From NCBI GenBank assembly GCA_964019425.1, contig OZ025804.1:186001-250000 (forward strand): 64,000 nucleotides of DNA, in the 5' to 3' direction. Origin of the DNA: Flectonema sp. DT1601 (Eukaryota). Positions 62,577-64,000 of this stretch are shown here, one piece after another. The notes below the pieces were generated by a model. It was not told where the DNA came from. It did not search any database and saw only the letters and a list, made by a program, of their open reading frames with translations. The translations under genes were made by a program, and so were the position numbers. The first letter of the stretch is position 1. Each line of letters starts with the position of its first letter.

Positions 62577-63234
62577 ATGTCAACCCTCCGCGGTGGTGAT
62601 CGTAAGATCGACTGGGCTGAACTCAGTGGTAAGCTGCCATCGTCAAAGACCGCAGCTGACAAACAAAAGCGTCGTCAAATCTTCAACGGGATGGATATGA
62701 ATGGGAATGGATATTTAAGTCTTGCTGAAGTAGACAAGGGTGTGAGAGATGTATTGAAATCTGATGACTTGTTTGATTGTAAGCCTGCCATGTTGCGAGC
62801 ATTTAATGCTGTGAAGGACACAGCGCCTGCACACACTCCGCACTCGGACGATTACGTGACGAGATCTGAATTCAGATTGCTTATGGTTTGTTTTGTTTTG
62901 TTTTAATGTTATTGAGTGTACCAATGTCGGAGGGGGAATATCTGACTATCAAGAATCCCACAATCCCATAATGAAACACAAACAGGTATCCCTCCGTCAA
63001 ATGTTCGAACTGTGGCACATGTTTGAATTAATCGATACAGGTGATGACAGAAGAGTTGATGAATCAGAGTTCACGAAAGCCGTTCCGATGATTCAGAAAT
63101 GGGGAGTGAAGGTCGATGATCCGTCAGCGACATTCAAAGAAATCGATGCCAATGGAGGAGGGCAAGTGTTGTTTGCAGAGTTTGTTGACTGGGCAATGAA
63201 GAAGGGTCTCGACCTTGAAGATGATGACGACTAA
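62577..63234 (+). CDS. Flagellar calcium-binding protein (calflagin-like), copy 2 (intron 62886-62985)
   Basis: Near-identical to copy 1 (offset 1563 bp) with two amino-acid differences. Confidence 0.9.
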
Positions 63235-63512
63235 AATAAGAAAACCGAAAAGTTTTTATTATTTTTCAAAAAAAAAAAAAAAAATTACCCCGAAAAAAAG
63301 TATAAAAAAAAAAGTTAAAAACTCTATACCTCGCAATCCAAGAAAATAAGAAAATGTATTTTTCCGAGTCCTAATCTACACGAAAAAAAAAAGACAAAAC
63401 AAAAGAAGACAACAATAACTTGTAAATAGTCCCTTGGTGACTCCCCCCAGCTCAATACTTCCAAATATAGATTCTCATTATTATTATTTCTTTTACCAGC
63501 AAATACAGTCTC

Positions 63513-64000
63513 ATGGCTGAAAGAGACGTCGTAAAGGACGCGCTTGATATCCTAAAGAGTGGCCTATCCCTACCTCCAGAACACGGGCTCTATAATATAA
63601 GACTCAGTGACGACAGGGGATTTAAACTTCTACAAAGTGGTACCATAGTAAACAAGCCCGGTTGTATAACAAAAACACTTATATTTCCGTTGGGGTATAA
63701 AGGTGAACGCCAGGAGATAAACTGGGTTAATGGAAGTATATTTTGGTACACTGTTGGGACTGCTGAGATCGATGGTGAGATTACCTTCGTAGTTGAGGGT
63801 CCAGATGGACTAAAAATACGAGGCCTCTCACCACTTGCAACGTATCGCAGTTTTGTAAGAAAACTCCACGATGCGGAACAAAAACCTTTGGCGATGTGTT
63901 CTGCTCATCGATTTTTTGGATTCTCAATACCAACAGTGAAGGAAATACTTTTTCATCTACCTGGTGTTGCTTCTCGTAAACTCCCAAGTCGAATACTTCC
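63513..64000 (+). CDS. FYRN/FYRC-domain protein, partial (runs off the window)
   Basis: Manual translation gives MAERDVVKDALD...LLQSGTIVNKPGCITKTLIFPLGYKGER (FYRN-like) ...SAHRFFGFSIPTVKEILFHLPG (FYRC-like). There is no stop before the window edge. Confidence 0.7.
   Translation, partial: MAERDVVKDALDILKSGLSLPPEHGLYNIRLSDDRGFKLLQSGTIVNKPGCITKTLIFPLGYKGERQEINWVNGSIFWYTVGTAEIDGEITFVVEGPDGLKIRGLSPLATYRSFVRKLHDAEQKPLAMCSAHRFFGFSIPTVKEILFHLPGVASRKLPSRIL

Overview
This is AT-rich eukaryotic DNA, most likely from an intron-containing euglenozoan such as a diplonemid. That assignment is an inference from two calflagin genes, a malate dehydrogenase ending in the PTS1 signal -AKL, TATE/VIPER-like RT remnants, unidirectional gene blocks and short GT-AG introns. 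Four genes at 1-5.5 kb are all on the minus strand, and about 16 genes at 33.6-64 kb are all on the plus strand. The plus-strand genes are an MFS transporter, a TMEM144-like transporter, a TOM1-like VHS/GAT protein, Rab, glycosomal MDH, FEN1, Ras, Mpv17/PMP22, a GH43-like hydrolase, an amine oxidase, SRP54, two calflagins, a FYRN/FYRC protein and two hypothetical proteins. Between the two blocks is a ~27.7-kb divergent strand-switch region with no intact recognisable gene, made of nested non-coding elements and flanked by two decayed TATE-like RT/RNase H fragments. The main observation is that at least five different-looking repeat families share one covarying terminal stem-loop (loop TTTTG on one strand, CAAAA on the other). 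These families include a 1280-bp array, a 1366-bp array, an AT-rich element carrying a 142/115-bp satellite and an element carrying a 26-bp satellite. Where ends can be mapped, the loop lies 33-36 nt from a fixed end. The other end is variable, there are no TSDs or poly(A) tails, and the elements insert into one another. This points to a self-targeting non-autonomous mobile-element system, possibly building a centromere-like domain. All family assignments come from motif recognition by eye; no searches were run.
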